A stretch of DNA of 62,628 bases, filler included, from Choristocarpus tenellus KU-1152 (taxonomy: Eukaryota; Protista; Phaeophyceae), in assembly GCA_964200185.2 (NCBI GenBank). It is 10 parts of 10 records of this genome, joined end to end, with 100 filler letters (N's around TTAATTAATTAA, not from the genome) between each part and the next. Parts side by side here need not be neighbours in the genome. Positions count along the whole stretch, not along the records: positions 37,920 to 40,587 come from CAXNAD020025803.1; positions 40,688 to 44,543 come from CAXNAD020017549.1; positions 44,644 to 58,834 come from CAXNAD020001258.1; 7 more parts are not named here. One strand, given 5' to 3'. The translations under genes and the position numbers were made by a program. Shown here piece after piece: positions 38,510-52,400 of the stretch (within the stretch, counting starts at the first letter, position 1; each line of letters starts with the position of its first letter). The notes beneath the pieces are model-generated. The model did no database searches. It was not told where the DNA came from and was given only the letters and a program-made list of their open reading frames with translations.

Positions 38510-39105
38510 CGTCACATCTTCAGCTGCAAAAGTCAGCAAATCCACACGGACAAATTTCCCAAAGTATTTACCATCCCCCTCAGTGTTCTTGAAAGGAACC
38601 AAGAATCCAAAGTGCCCAGCAGCAAAGCCTCCCATGAACCCCCTTAGGTCTGGGTCTACAGCGGTCAAGTCCAGCACCTTCAGAAGTGAATTCGGGACTT
38701 CATTGTTAGATTAGTTCACACGCTTAGCATGATCATGCATGAGCACCAAGCCTAACTCAAGTACAAGGTAGTCTGTCTTCTTACCACTGCATGCTCTCGC
38801 TGGGTTCAGGTGAGTTTTTGGCTGGGGATTTCATGATGAAACTCTGCTGTGCTTGAGGGTTTTAAACATGAGATTCTTTGTCAGCATAGTTAGTATGTAG
38901 GTTGAGTTTGAGGTTGAAGGTAGCCTAGCCTGACCTCCACGCCTTGGGTAGAGAAGTCAGTGAGGTTGACCCGGACCAGCTTTCCTGAGTAGGAGGACTC
39001 TAGACGCCCCCCTGCCCTGTGCAGTTTTTCGGTGCTGCTGGTGAAGAAGTTGAACCCTAGCATGCCATCCGCGCTCAAGTTAGTATTGACACCACCCAGT
39101 GGACC
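38510..39105 (-). CDS. Internal exons (39105-38935, 38677-38510) of a beta-propeller-like repeat protein
   Basis: Spliced: ...SYSGKLVRVNLTDFSTQGVE|VLDLTAVDPDLRGFMGGFAAGHFGFLVPFKNTEGDGKYFGKFVRVDLLTFAAEDVT. The GK.VRV.L..F motif occurs twice ~56 aa apart; phase-0 GT-AG intron. Confidence 0.8.
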
Positions 39106-40485
39106 CTTTTGAAAGCAGAGGAGCAGTGTACCGAAGATTAGCAGGCTGGGGGGGTGGGGTGGGGTGGGGTGGGGTTGGCTAGGAGGGGAAAACATAGGCA
39201 AGATATAGTCATGATAACATCAACATTTCCTGGAGGGATTGCTGGTCAGGAATTTGGATACTTAGCATTGTTTTTAGCTTAAACACAACTTTTGTAGTTG
39301 TAAATGGTACTTTGTACCAGGTATTTGAAATATTTGAAATGATGCAGAAAAGTACCTAGGAATGCATACTGCAAGGTACTTGGAGTACTGTGGAAACAAC
39401 AACTTTTCTTTTTGAAGACGAAAAAGAACGTAGTTTTTCTCGGTGGTATTAACTATATCGAATGGACTGCAAGAAACGTTTAAAAACGTTAATCGACTGT
39501 ATTGAACAGAGGGAGGAGGTAGAGGTGCCAACGGGGTGTTGATCATCGAATCACAGGGCTTATTGCACATATCTTCTTATCGCCCCCGATACTGAAAATG
39601 ACTCAGACGCATCGGTGCTATTCACTCATGTACCTCCTTGCTGTGGAAGGGAGTCTGCAACAGGCGAATAGTGAAGATCAAGAGATTGCTGGACCAAAGC
39701 ATTTTAAGAGGGTAGGTTTGTGTCTGTTTGGGGTCATATATCCAATTTTTTTGTTTTGATGTAATTTTTTGGCTGTTGTGTTTGTTCGCAAGTAGAAATA
39801 TCCTTGCTCTGGACACACCTTTCATAGTCGTATACATTTCAGGGTTAGGGTTAGTGCTCACACACAAAACAGAATAATGAGCAAAAAAAAATCTGTGGGA
39901 AGCCAAGCCTCAACTCAAACAGACAAACAGGGCAAAATTCCTACCCTCTTAAATGCTTTGGCTCAGTGTCAACATTGAGGCTGGTGGACATGGCATCATG
40001 AATAACACACTATTTCATCAACTGCAGATCCTATGTTCCAAACTAAGTCAGTCGGGTGCTTGTCATCACTCAAGGTTGGCAGTGAGGTGGACCATGATGA
40101 CAGATGCTCTCATTGCCGTTGTGCTACACGCAATGGATTTGTTCTTTCCCCTAACCCTAACCCTAAGACTACACGACTCTTAGAGATAGCTTCCGAAATT
40201 CTCATTGCAAATGGCCAGATGCAAGTGAGAGGAGTAGATAAGAGCAATATCCACAGATATTCTCATACTTTAAACACAACCCTACATCCATAGACTCTCC
40301 CGATTTTCACCCCAATAGTTATCTCCTATCCTCAACAAACCAATGATCATGGCTTTGAATCTAGAAGGACTTCATTAGTTGCCACACCACAGGAATATCT
40401 AGTATTGAGTTTACTATCACCCTATGTATGACCCTTTCCCCCTCCTGCTCTGATTCGCAAACCAAATCCTGGCTCAAACTATCTG

Positions 40486-40516
<31 letters not shown>

Positions 40517-40811
40517 GGCTCGGGGTGGCGCTTGTTTCGTTTTGTTGGTTTTTTTTTTTGTTGTTTGGGACCGAGGGTGGTAAAAAANNNNNNNNNNNNN
40601 NNNNNNNNNNNNNNNNNNNNNNNNNNNNNNNTTAATTAATTAANNNNNNNNNNNNNNNNNNNNNNNNNNNNNNNNNNNNNNNNNNNNAGGCCAAGTGCAA
40701 AAAGAATACATGCTGCATGAAGAAGAAGAAGACCTGCGCAACAGACGAGTGAGGGCTATTTATATACCTCATTCTGCGTTATGATTTACCTCTCTATGGC
40801 ATCTTGACAGA

Positions 40812-41067
40812 GAGTGAAAGTATCTTAGAGGGTACGAGATTTGCCCTGTTTGTCCATTTGGGGCTCGACTTCCCATGGGTTTTTTTATGACATTTTCCTA
40901 CTCCGAAATGTTTCCGAGTAGGTAAAGTGTATGTTGTGAAAAGATGTGTCCAAAACATTGATATTGACACTTGCTAACAAAGACGATAGCTAAAATTACA
41001 TCAAATTGCAACATTGGATTTTCACCCCCAAATGGACGCGGCTCTACCCTCTAAGATACTTTGGCTC
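40812..41067. mobile_element. MITE family B, complete
   Basis: TIRs GAGTGAAAGTATCTTAGAGGGTA / TACCCTCTAAGATACTTTGGCTC; flanks CAGA and AGAA (only AGA shared). Confidence 0.9.
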
Positions 41068-41511
41068 AGAATAGCATTGTCGAATTTTATCCTATCTGTG
41101 TTATGCATCTCTTCTCAACACCAAGTCAAATTTCTGTGATAAAGTTGTTCATATCTACAATAATGTGAATTTGTGGGAGCGATTGTGTTAAATATATTTG
41201 TATGTTGTAGACTCAGGTTGATGTCGCCTCATCATGAATGGAATAATTTATTTTTTTTAATTTTTGACCGTTCATAATTTGTAACTACGTCTTACCTAGG
41301 AAATTCTTTCCCATGCGTATGTTGCACCTTCCTGTCCAAAGTCTTAGCTCATTTGTGTCATGTTGTATTTTGATTTTGTCGTGTGATCCAGGCAATGCTG
41401 CAAGAAACTCGTATGTGTAGACTCGAAGTGTGCAAAAGCAGTCTAGAACAAGAGCTCTATGTTCGGAGGAAAATGGAACATATCTGATATCTGCAGTGTC
41501 AGCTCACCAGG

Positions 41512-41776
41512 GAGGAAGAAATTTTAAGGATATGAGGTTTGCCCTGTTTCTCCGTCTGGGGTTGAGCTTCCCACGGGGTTTTTAATTATATTTTCTGCTC
41601 CGAAATTCCAAAATTTTTCGGCGTAGGAAAAATGTATAAACATTGTAAAAATGTGTGCCAAATCGTGGATAGTGACACTTCCTAACGAACTATAGCCAAG
41701 ATTTCATTAATATAGCAACGTTGGATTTTTGCCCCTAAACGTATTTGGCCCTCCTCCCCCTAAGATATTTTTGCTC
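41512..41776. mobile_element. MITE family B, highly diverged
   Basis: Internal TTTGCCCTGTTT, CTTCCCACGGG, GTAGGAAAAATGT, TGACACTTCCTAAC, TAGCCAA blocks and right end CCTAAGATATTTTTGCTC. Confidence 0.7.
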
Positions 41777-44700
41777 GCATTAGTTAATGTAGACCACTAT
41801 GAGCGAGGGAGTTGCCTTGGTGTTCTGTTTTTTTTGGTATCGTTTAAGAACAACTGATTTCTGCTGCATATAATGTAGAAGAGCTTTTGGAGTATTTTCT
41901 TATATCTGTGAATGGTGTCTAGATCAGGTCAAATGTGCTCATTGTACCGTATCTATTCTCAACTTTTCAATAATGAAGTTATTTTCAGGGAGATAATGGC
42001 ACTATTTTGTGTATACATAGTTCAGGCAGTAAGGTGTTAATTTCTAACTTGTATTTTTGTTGTGGCTAGAGCCTGGATAGTGCAAACGCACATACATTTT
42101 CCTTTTTGAATGTGTGTAGTGATAGTTTCACAAGTAGATGTTTTCCTCTCGAAATACCTTATTTTTATCTTGTAAAGTGTTGCTTGGTTTTTGCATGTAG
42201 AAAGTCGACCAATTTACCGGTGTATCTCTAGTGTTCTGCGTGTAAAATTCGTATCTTATTTTTTTGTAATGTGCTTTCTTATAGGTAGGTAGCTGAATTA
42301 TGCATCAACTGTTCACCTGTGAAGGGTATGCACCAGAATGTTCAATTGTGCTGATTTTGCTACACTAACTTGACCATCAGGGTCCTCAAACAAATGAAGG
42401 ATTGCATGTGTCACAACAGTATTTTGTAGGAGCATGGGTGTAGGAGTAGGGACTCGAGGCAATTGAACTTTATGCACAACATACAACAAACACCTTATCA
42501 ACGTTTGTATGTGTTGATTTGTGTAGAGAATTATCAACGGTCATCCTGGACAATGCACGAGATAGAGGAACTTCTGAACATGCGGAAAACAATCATCAAT
42601 ATTGTCCATGGACTATGTAGGAGAGGTGTAGAAACGACATGCATCGATATTTGTTTGACTGTAATGCAGGGAGTACATAACATAATATTTATTAAAAATG
42701 CGTGCTATTGTGATAAACGCTGTTTTCCCTCCTTTGTTAATAATAGTGTATGCAAAGTGAACTATTCTTACTTAATACATTCCAATCGTCTTCACAATTC
42801 GGAAAGGTGTCTTTCTACAATTACACAGAATGGTGTCGTTTTGCTTTTTCTCAGGATCGTTTAAATGGAACCCTGGCTACCTCCAGTTTAGTTCGATTAA
42901 CGTTCCACATACAATTTGTCACAAAAATTCATAAACAACTCCCTGCCAATATCCAAAAAAAGCACAGATTTTTAGGGAGGGTGTCTCAAATTGCAATTTT
43001 GCCTAGCTCTCATTTCTTCTTGACTGAAATATATAAAGCTAGACGGTAACATGATGATGATAGGATTTCAACAGCTATGAGGGTAATGAGTAATGGAGGC
43101 ATAGGAGGATGGTGATGTAGCATAGGTGGTAGTCAAGTAGCAAATAGATACAGAAAAATGTATTTCATATATACAACTGTACCTTTTACACGGGTTATGA
43201 CATTGAATTGACTTTTCGTTGACTTTCTCCTCACACATCTGCAAAATGTAGAGAGGGTGTCATAAAATATTAAATGAGTAACAGATATTATTATGGCAGG
43301 TGCACACCCAATAGTTGGTGTGGAAGGAGCCCTAATAATTTTAAGGTACAGAGTTGTACTTGCCTTGCACCCTTTCGTTGCTATGTGGGTGACTTTTCGG
43401 TAAAGAATGAAAGACTTAAGGTCTACGAAATCTATATAGTTATTTCGAATTTTGGAGGCGATGTTGATGCCTTACATTTTGCAAGAGCTGTCATTACCAT
43501 CCTGTGGTGGCATAATTATCAGGTGAGAGTATGGAGAAAGGTGGTGAAGAAAGATAAAGACAGAAACAACTGTTACAATATTACTCTTGGTTTTTGCTGT
43601 TTATTCTGCGTGATGTATCTTTGTACTACCTCCGTGCCATAAGTCTGTGCCACGAAACACCTGGGCTTGTCTAGCGTGGACGGCGCCGAACAACACGATC
43701 ACCCCACAGAATGAAGTCGGGATGACATTGTTAGCTTTCTGAAAAGTTGGGGGTCGAGGGTTGTCAGGTACTGTTGAAGTATTTTCCGACTCATGTGTGG
43801 ACACAAGAGGTAAATATAGAACTTCTACCAAATGTTTTAGAATTGTTGCTATTACTGAGCAAAGGGGGCGACCATACAACCCCAAAACACCATGCTTAAG
43901 GGAACAAATTCTTATCTATCCCTTCGTAAACAAGAACATGTATGGATTAACCAACTAATATCTCCTTTATACTGACTCTGCATGTATACTACTAGTAATA
44001 TCCGCTACAGTGGGAGGAGCTTATACGAACACCCTCCCTACCTACAAACAACCCTGAGCGGTCATTAGACATAACTAGGTACTGAACTCACTAAAGAAGA
44101 AAAACCAAACGAACACAAAAGAATTCAAAATCCAACGAAAGCAAACCACTAAACATAGTCAAAATTAAGCAAGGTTCCTGAATGCGTCCAAAACGATTCC
44201 TCTGCTAGAAGCTTGGTCAGCACATCTGCGTGCTGCTCATCTGAGTTAACATGAATTAACTGTATTTGGTCATGTGCTACCAAGTCCCTCAGGAAATGAT
44301 GTCACACGTCTATGTCCTTGGTCCTGCCAGTACTCAAAAAGTCATTTGCCAAATGGATGGCCCCTGTGTTGTCCTCTTAAACTACATAACAAGATCCAGA
44401 AACGTCAGATCGAACAAATTCCAACGCACCTCTCAAAAATAACTTCTTCACACAATCCCCCATGGCTCTATGTGCTCAGCGTCTGCAGTGAACCATGCAA
44501 TGATACGCTGGGTCTTAGAAAGACCCAAATTATCTGGGGGGGGNNNNNNNNNNNNNNNNNNNNNNNNNNNNNNNNNNNNNNNNNNNNTTAATTAATTAAN
44601 NNNNNNNNNNNNNNNNNNNNNNNNNNNNNNNNNNNNNNNNNNNGCGCTTTTTTTTGTGTTAGTTTTATTTACATCTGTTGAAAAAAAAAGGGGGGGGGGG

Positions 44701-45163
44701 GGGGGGGGGGGGGGCTTGTTCTGTTGGACCAGCCAGCGCTTGGTAAGGTGTTGCCGGGGGTCAAGTGTCACAGCTGTGTGTTAGTCAATGGTTTAAACAG
44801 GACTTGTTATAGTGAGAGGTATGCCTCCCGGCTCTGGCCCCAGGTGGACAATCTTCCCCACCAGCCTCTACACTATATTGTCCCTAAGGTTCCCCCCTTG
44901 TTCAACATGTGCCTATGGTGTAGTCTTTGCAATCACTGGACATGTTTTGATGAGGGTCTGGATGCTGGGCCCATGCACAATTGACTATTAGTACAGATAG
45001 CACTGTTACCTCCACTATTCTACTCCCTTTAATACATAGTAGTGATAGTGCTGTCTTTATATGCTGTGTGGTTAAGTATTAGCAGGTATGTATTGTCGTG
45101 AAGTGGTGATTGCTTCCACTTTCCCTGTTGAACTTGAATGCTGTGCTCTCTTTACTTGTGCAG

Positions 45164-45307
45164 GATGAGGAAGAGCTGGAACTTGCCATGAAAATGAGCG
45201 GTTTGAGAGATGATTCTGTCTGGGCTCCACTTAACTCCAGTCAGGGCAGTGACCTTTACAGTGAAGAAGAAGAAATGGGAGGTTCTTCTGTGTTCAGGGA
45301 TAGCTGA
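45164..45307 (+). CDS. Terminal exon with ubiquitin-interacting-motif-like segment
   Basis: Pyrimidine tract + GCAG acceptor, then DEEELELAMKMS (UIM pattern eee.L..A...S) and an acidic tail to TGA. Parent gene lies beyond the gap. Confidence 0.6.
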   Translation, partial: DEEELELAMKMSGLRDDSVWAPLNSSQGSDLYSEEEEMGGSSVFRDS

Positions 45308-48300
45308 TCAAATGGGTTGCAACTAAATTATTAGTACGTGGTGTGCATCTGCAACGAGTTTGGGTCAAATTTGGTGCAAATTGGTCGGCATGGGCAGACT
45401 AGGAGATGAGGAGGAAGATGTATGACTTTGGAAGGGACTTTTGCAGCAGATATAGACTGCTAGTGATTGGTTTATGACAATATGAGGTGATACAACGATG
45501 ACACCAGGGAGTCATGACAAAGACAGCGAGTTCATGCTGCTGATGAGAAGGGTGTATAGACTGGGATACCTGTGACAATCTGTCAGTCTACAAGCCACGC
45601 TGTCAAGGTTGGTGCATGCCCTTGCGGCTGAAGATGCTTGTGGAAAGTGTGTTCGATGCAGAACCCATGATGGTAGACCTCATAATGGTGGCATGGTTAA
45701 GGAACTAGTGACCATTCCACTACGATGTTACTGTGCAGCAGGATGCCTTGTGATAAACAGTATTTCCAAATGATATGTATCAGGTGTTTTACTTTCATTT
45801 TTGGTCATTATTCAGTTTGTCAACCAAGGTCAAGCGGTTTTACTTCTTAACACTCTGGTGTGATTTTTTGGGGAGTGATGAGTTGCTGGTTGGATCTTGC
45901 CGTTCTAGAGTCTGAGTGCTGTGAAATCCCACATAAGGAAGAAGGCATTGATGTCCACTTCAATTTGCTAGTATTTACAAAGTTCTTACGTATTTTTTAT
46001 AAGCGTAGGATCTGGCAGACCAACCTTGTCATACATGGGAAAAAAAAGTTGTCTCATAGGTGGATCTCGTGATGATGATTGCAGGCGATGCTTAGTTGAC
46101 TAACCTGATTCAATTCATAGCTTGTTCAGGGGCACTGATGTTTCACTTATGTTGCCGTGTGGCAGGCTCTGGTGACTACTTCTGGTTTATACCTGAAGTT
46201 GAATGTTAATTATAGACGTAGTCAAAACACATCAACGAGCCGAAGAATCTGGGAGGTAGGCAGGTTCAGGCCCTTTTACGTTCTAAGTCATCTGTGCTAC
46301 TCTGTGCAATACACCTTACTATATCAATTGACGCGCACAATAGTGTCCGCTAAATTGATATTCATCCTTTTCAGACACAATTTGATACTACGTTTCAGCA
46401 AGGTGTTTCTCCAATTACACAAAATGGCATCTTCTTGCCAATTCTCGGGATCCTTAAAAAGCAACCTTGCCTTACCTCTAAATTATTTGGGGTCAAATCA
46501 TGTATGCCACACACTGTAGGGATGATTGAGAAGGTCCCTACTCCTTTCTTGTGGGTTTGATCGTGTCTGTGAAAGTAATAACGAACGCACAGACACCAGT
46601 AGTATTGTACCTTCAGTCTTAAGATTCACGGGAGATGACATGACTTATATTTAAAGGAGAAATTTGTGGTGATATGGAGGACAGTGGAGAAACAATTTGC
46701 TGTACGAGATTTTTTGTCAGACAGGGCCACGGCGTTCATTGGATCTTTTTCTCAATATAGGCTGCCTGCAAGTTTTCTGCAACATCATGTTGTCCCATCT
46801 CTGCACTGAGGTTGGGAGCAAAGAATGTGCATGCTGAGATCAAATTTGGTTGTTCAACAAAAGGTCTGACCGCCAGTCTCAAGTAGGGTATCTGATTAGC
46901 CCTTGAGTATGACCTACTCGACTTGAAAGGAGCAAGATAAGTGCAGATCAAGAGGAATAGTTTCTTCAAGACATCTCCACAACAGAACAAGGTTCGTTGC
47001 AGTTGGCATTTATTTGTCTTTGCATACTCTAGATTGGAGTTGTTTCATTGCCCTGTTGACACAACAGGTAGAGCATGGTCCGCGATTTTGCATTCTAAGT
47101 GACAGGATGGTACATGTTAGTGCTTGCCACATGGAATTTTGATTAAAAGTTGACACCAAATTTACCAGAAGTCTGGCATCGATGGGGTTCGAACCATCGA
47201 AATTCATTGACAGTACAGTCGGCTTAACCAGTGACCTCTAACAAGGGATTTATTTCCACATAATCGCGCTCTGCAAAGCGCGTAAAAAAACGCCAGCAAT
47301 ACTCCATGTCACTCCAAAAAAGGTAGTGTGAACATTGATTTGTAGCCCAATCTCCTAGGGGCATTGTTGTACAGTTAGTACAAAATTAGTACAGCTTTTA
47401 TATCAGTATAGTTTGTGAAAGACAAGAATATTGGGGATGACCACTGTCCTGTGAGAAGTCACTGTAGGCTTTATCTTTGTCTTTTCTCTCGCCTGACACG
47501 TACGTAAAAATAAAAAACGATATCGGTCATAATGTGATACCAGTAACATATAAATTGGGTCATAAATACTCTATCACTAGTAGATATTTATCGACTATGT
47601 TCCTTGATTAATTCGGTCAATTGCGCGATCTGGCTGCCTTGAAATGATTTGCTGATACATGTCCCTGATAATTCGCCATTATTTACAACTTCTCCAAGTA
47701 ACTTTGCTGTGCGGACCTCCGTATCTTACACTGTTTCTGTATCCGGAAAAGCATTGCGAAGCATTATAATCAGCATTCATTGGCTAAAATCACCCTGAAT
47801 GAATGGAGGATGACGAAGCTCCCCCTTGTAGTGAATCCTGCAAACAGTAGAAGCAAATAGAGCGGGTAAATAGGGTGGTGTTCCAAGTCAGTGATTGATT
47901 CTGTCTTTCTTCAGCTTCTGGGGTAGGACAGACCAAAGCAGCTTCTTGCGAAATACACTGGCAGGTCCCTTGTTGTCTTTGGGTTACGGGATAATCCGAG
48001 GTGCAGAGCAGTTTGAGCAGGAAGCAGCCAGGGTTAGGTGGGATGGCTCAACCCTTGACTTTCCTTTCAAGGGTGGTTGCCTTAGGAACTAGTCATTTTT
48101 GGGAGATCAACTGTAAGGGGATTTTGTCCTGCATGCATCCATCACATACACTTTCCAATCCCAATCATGCAGCCCTAGCGTCCAGGTCACAATTAATTTC
48201 AAATCGCTGAGAAATCACCGCAGCTGACCCTCGAGTTGCTTGTGCAAGGAGAAACAATATAGAAGATCCTTTCGCTCCTTGAAATAATTCCCAAAAGCAA

Positions 48301-49489
48301 CATGCTCTACATCTGACGACACTGCCGTGAGTGGTCTCGAAGTATTATAAGCATGTTGTATTGTCGGATACAATCTCTTTTCGCCCGCATAGCCCACCAA
48401 CGCTAATCTCCTTGAAATCGAAGTTTCCTTGAAGAACCTGAAGCACCCCCTCTATTGGAAGGTCCGTCTCCATGCTGGTTAGGCTAATAACCTTAAAAAT
48501 TTCATATTTGCAATTTGCAACAGAGGAAACCATAGAGACAAGATCTTGAGTTTCAAACAATGCCCCTTGCTCTCAGTCTGTCGTTTAAGATACCAAGCTG
48601 ACTGTGATGGGTGGGATCCTATGAAGTGTTTCAATTATTGTGAAATGAAAGAATTTGTTGTAAATATAAATATAGGATTAAATCAGCATAATAAGAAAAA
48701 AGACGATTTATTTGAATTGAACTCTGTTACTGCATACTGCGAAGCGCGTGAAACGCGCGCACATCGCCAACCACCAACACAGGAAAAACTCCTGTTGAAA
48801 CACTAGTAAATCCCTGAGCTACCGAACAGATAGTCAGTGTCAGGGTATGTTGGAGATGCCTATGACAAAAATCCGTCAACCACAACAAACCCTACTACTT
48901 TAGGTCAAGACCGAGAAGTCTTCCACACACCACTATTTGATAGAATTTGATGGGCAAAAACCATTTGCTGCGACGAATTAACGCATATCTATGTTATCAA
49001 CACCTCCCTCCGAAATGTAAAATTTGGGAAACTTTTTTTGACGTGAGAGTACGCATCTATCACTATTTCTAATAGCGCCTCTAAAAACATGGTTATCAAA
49101 ATGTGTTGGGGAGGTTCCTACACCTCACATTCACTAAAATATAGCGTAGAGACATTGGAGACTGATCAATTCGTCATATTATAACTCACTTGAAGCTCGC
49201 GCGATTGCGCGCGAGTTGGATTCGACTTGGACGAAGAACGAGGATTGTGGGCAGCTCGTTGTGTCAACTTATGAGTAGAGGTGCGCAAAGGAGGCAGCAA
49301 GGTATTAGTCGGAAGAAATTGGAAAGGGAGAAGGTTGAACATAACCTGCAATATAGTCGACGTGGTAAGGTTCGTCACGCCGTTCATCTAGCAGCCCTAG
49401 GTGTCACAGAAGTAGGGAGCAAGACAGGACCTAAGAGTCAACTCCAAGGGCTTTGCTGAGTGTGGAGAATTGCTCACAGAACACGGTTG

Positions 49490-52400
49490 ATGGCGACGTT
49501 TTCCAACTTGGTATCGCTGGTTGACGATGGACAAGAAGGAGATCAATCAGGTGGCAAAGCATTGCGAAACAGGAACTCGGTAAGCGGAGAGCAACAGCAT
49601 GAGGTGAGGCATTCCATGTGTATTCGCACTGGAATCTTGAAGTTTGGAATGCCACCTTCTTTGTGAATGGTCAATGTTGTGAGGCCACGACGTGGTTACG
49701 CCTCCTTGCCGACCCCACCGTCGTCCTCTATACTAACTTGTGTGTTATTTCATTTCCTCGCTCCTATGGCGGTTGATGCCCAGTTATGAGACCACACGAG
49801 TCTTGTTTACACTGCTGTAACATACTTTCCCTAGTTGCAATAGTTGCACTCACTGACAAGCAGAGCTCTATGCACTTTCTATAGGGCGCGTTCGTTTTTG
49901 CTAGAACTCCGCAACTTTTTCTACGCCTTCTACACACTGGTCAATTGACCCCTCCTATGTTCTCTGGCAGTCTGTCCTGCGACCACGTACCGCACTGACA
50001 ACCAAAGAGGTTGAGGGGAAATTGGAGGGGGCGAAGGGGGATGCTGGTCTGGGGCAAGGGTCTAGGGAGAAGGATGTGGACCGAGGTGGGAGGAGCAACG
50101 GAAATGTGGAGGGGCGTCAGGAAGGCGAGGTGGAGGATGGGGACGGAGGGCATGGGGTAATCCCTGAGACCCCCGATTCGTCGAGCATTGACATCCGGAT
50201 CGCAATGATTGGCAACGTGGACAGGTGATAAGACTATGTTATGTGGTTTAGGTAAGGGATTGGATAGAGTTTCACAGGATGGAGGGGTGGGAGGTCAATC
50301 CTGTTTAGTATCATGACTTATCCCTTACATTGTAAAGGATATGTGGTAGATCTTGGTGTGTGATGGAAATACCCACACACACACACAGAACTATATATTT
50401 TTACATATATATTGCTAAGTGGTGTTCTGGTACATATATGTGTGTGTATATGCGAGTCACGCTTCCACTTCTTTGTGTCTCGTATGGTGGTGCTTTCGGC
50501 AATTCACAAAAGTCACCACTAAATGCCTGCCACGTTTTTATATCACAACCAACTAATCACTTTCTAACCATGATGGAAGAACCAGGCACATGGTCCAGAC
50601 CGTTGTCTGTACGCCCCAACTGATCCATGTTCAATGCTCTGCCACCTCTCAGCCTTCATGTTCCTTACGCTGCTATTATTGCTAGTACTCCCCATAGTTT
50701 TTTGCTGCCCATTGACTTGATTGATCCCCTCCCCTCCTCCACCCTGGTCCTCCCTTGACCCATCAGTCCTTAACATTCCAATTAGCCTCTGCTTTAACAA
50801 TTGCCTTATTCTGCCCATCTCCTAGTGGCAAATCAACATTGATTGGTGTTTTATCAAGTGCAAGCCTTGATGATGGTAGGGGAGCAGCTCGTAGCCTTGT
50901 ACTGAGGCATCGTCATGAGCAGGAAAATGGACGTACATCAGCTGTTACCATGGAGATCATGGGGTATGCCAAGGACGGCAAGCAGGTGTGGGGAGTGCAG
51001 TTGCCTTAGTGGAAACACATTATGCTGCAGTAGGGAAAGGTTGGAAATTTTGTATACGTGCATCTGTTTTACTCCACTTTTTTCTTGTTTTGTGTTGGTA
51101 TTGACGTAAGGGTCAGGCTTTGGCGAGGAAAATCGTAGAGTGAGGTGACACTACACTATTTGTGAGTGAAATCAGTGTTCCTGAGTTGAGTTAACTCTTT
51201 TTATGTATGATGCGATATGGTCTATACGACTTTATTGGCTGCAACTGATGTGAGATATATCTTTTGTGCTATAGCCTGCCTCCCTTGGTTTGTGGTGCCT
51301 GGTGGTAGAGACCATGTTTCAAGTATATTTATGAGGCGATGCGTGACATACTATGGCTATTACTCCGTAGTTCACACTGTACCTATTTTTGTAGTTGTGG
51401 TTGAGCAGCTTTTGGTGTTTGGGGTTAGGGGTGGACCATACTGCCATTTTCGTTATGCCTGAAGGTGTTTCCAGTACCAGAGGCGTACTTTTCTGTAGTG
51501 ATGTGTTCTTTTGTGTGGTACTGTAGATCCGTTCACTGGGTAAGTAGTACGTTGGACAGGTTTTTTTGCTGCACGGAGTAGCCTGCTGTGGTTCTCAACA
51601 TGTTGAAGTAGGCGTGCCCATGTGTTGAATGCGCGGCTGCTATATCCTGCACTACCCTCTGTATTGATGGCAGTTGGGAGCAATACTTCTTTGTCCTGAT
51701 GGATGGGGGGGGTACTTGTGCTGTCTTTTTCCCAAGCATCGAATCACAGCTTGATGCAATTGTTTCCAGTGCTCCTGATACATAATAAAGTTACCTGTCT
51801 ATTGGCTCGTGACAGTAGTGAATGAAGGAGTGCAAAGTTGGGTGTCGGGAGCACCTCGCCGTGGTGCCGACAGTAGAGTTCAAAGCATCGTTTGTTCTTT
51901 TTGAACATTTTTTTTTTTTAATGAAGGGACATGCCTGCAGGAAGTTTACGCGAATGGTCTATTTCTTGTGGTGAGCAGAGGTTGTGGAGGTTGATGGGGA
52001 TGGATGTATCTGTGGCAGTAGTGGGTTTTGGACTTGGAGGTGAGTAGTAGGGTTAGGGGGTTGAATTGCATTTTTGGCCGCCATTTTTTGTTGCGATTGG
52101 AGCAGGAGTTACTTGTTGGAGTGTGACATTTTGTAGGTGTTTTTATTGAATTTTGTTTTATTGTCTTGGGACTGGGGTCAAACACTTGTGTTTGGTCTAT
52201 ATGCGAAGGTGAACGTGGAGTAGTTGGCAATGTTGTACACTGAATGATGGTAAAGTTGTTATGGGTATTGTGGGGAAGTAAAGGAGAGGAGCCGGGTGCT
52301 TGAAAGTTCTGGCAGATGACGGGTCAGTGTAGAAAACAACAGCCTAAGAAAACAATGTTATTTGAATAGTGTGCAGAATCTGTGTTTTCGCAACCTCGTG

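Noticed and set aside
46068-46138. Possible C/D box snoRNA (GTGATGA...CTGA)
   Set aside because: No terminal stem and no recognisable rRNA-complementary guide.
46736-48560. Protein-like minus-strand ORF fragments
   Set aside because: No family motif identified and no coherent exon chain.
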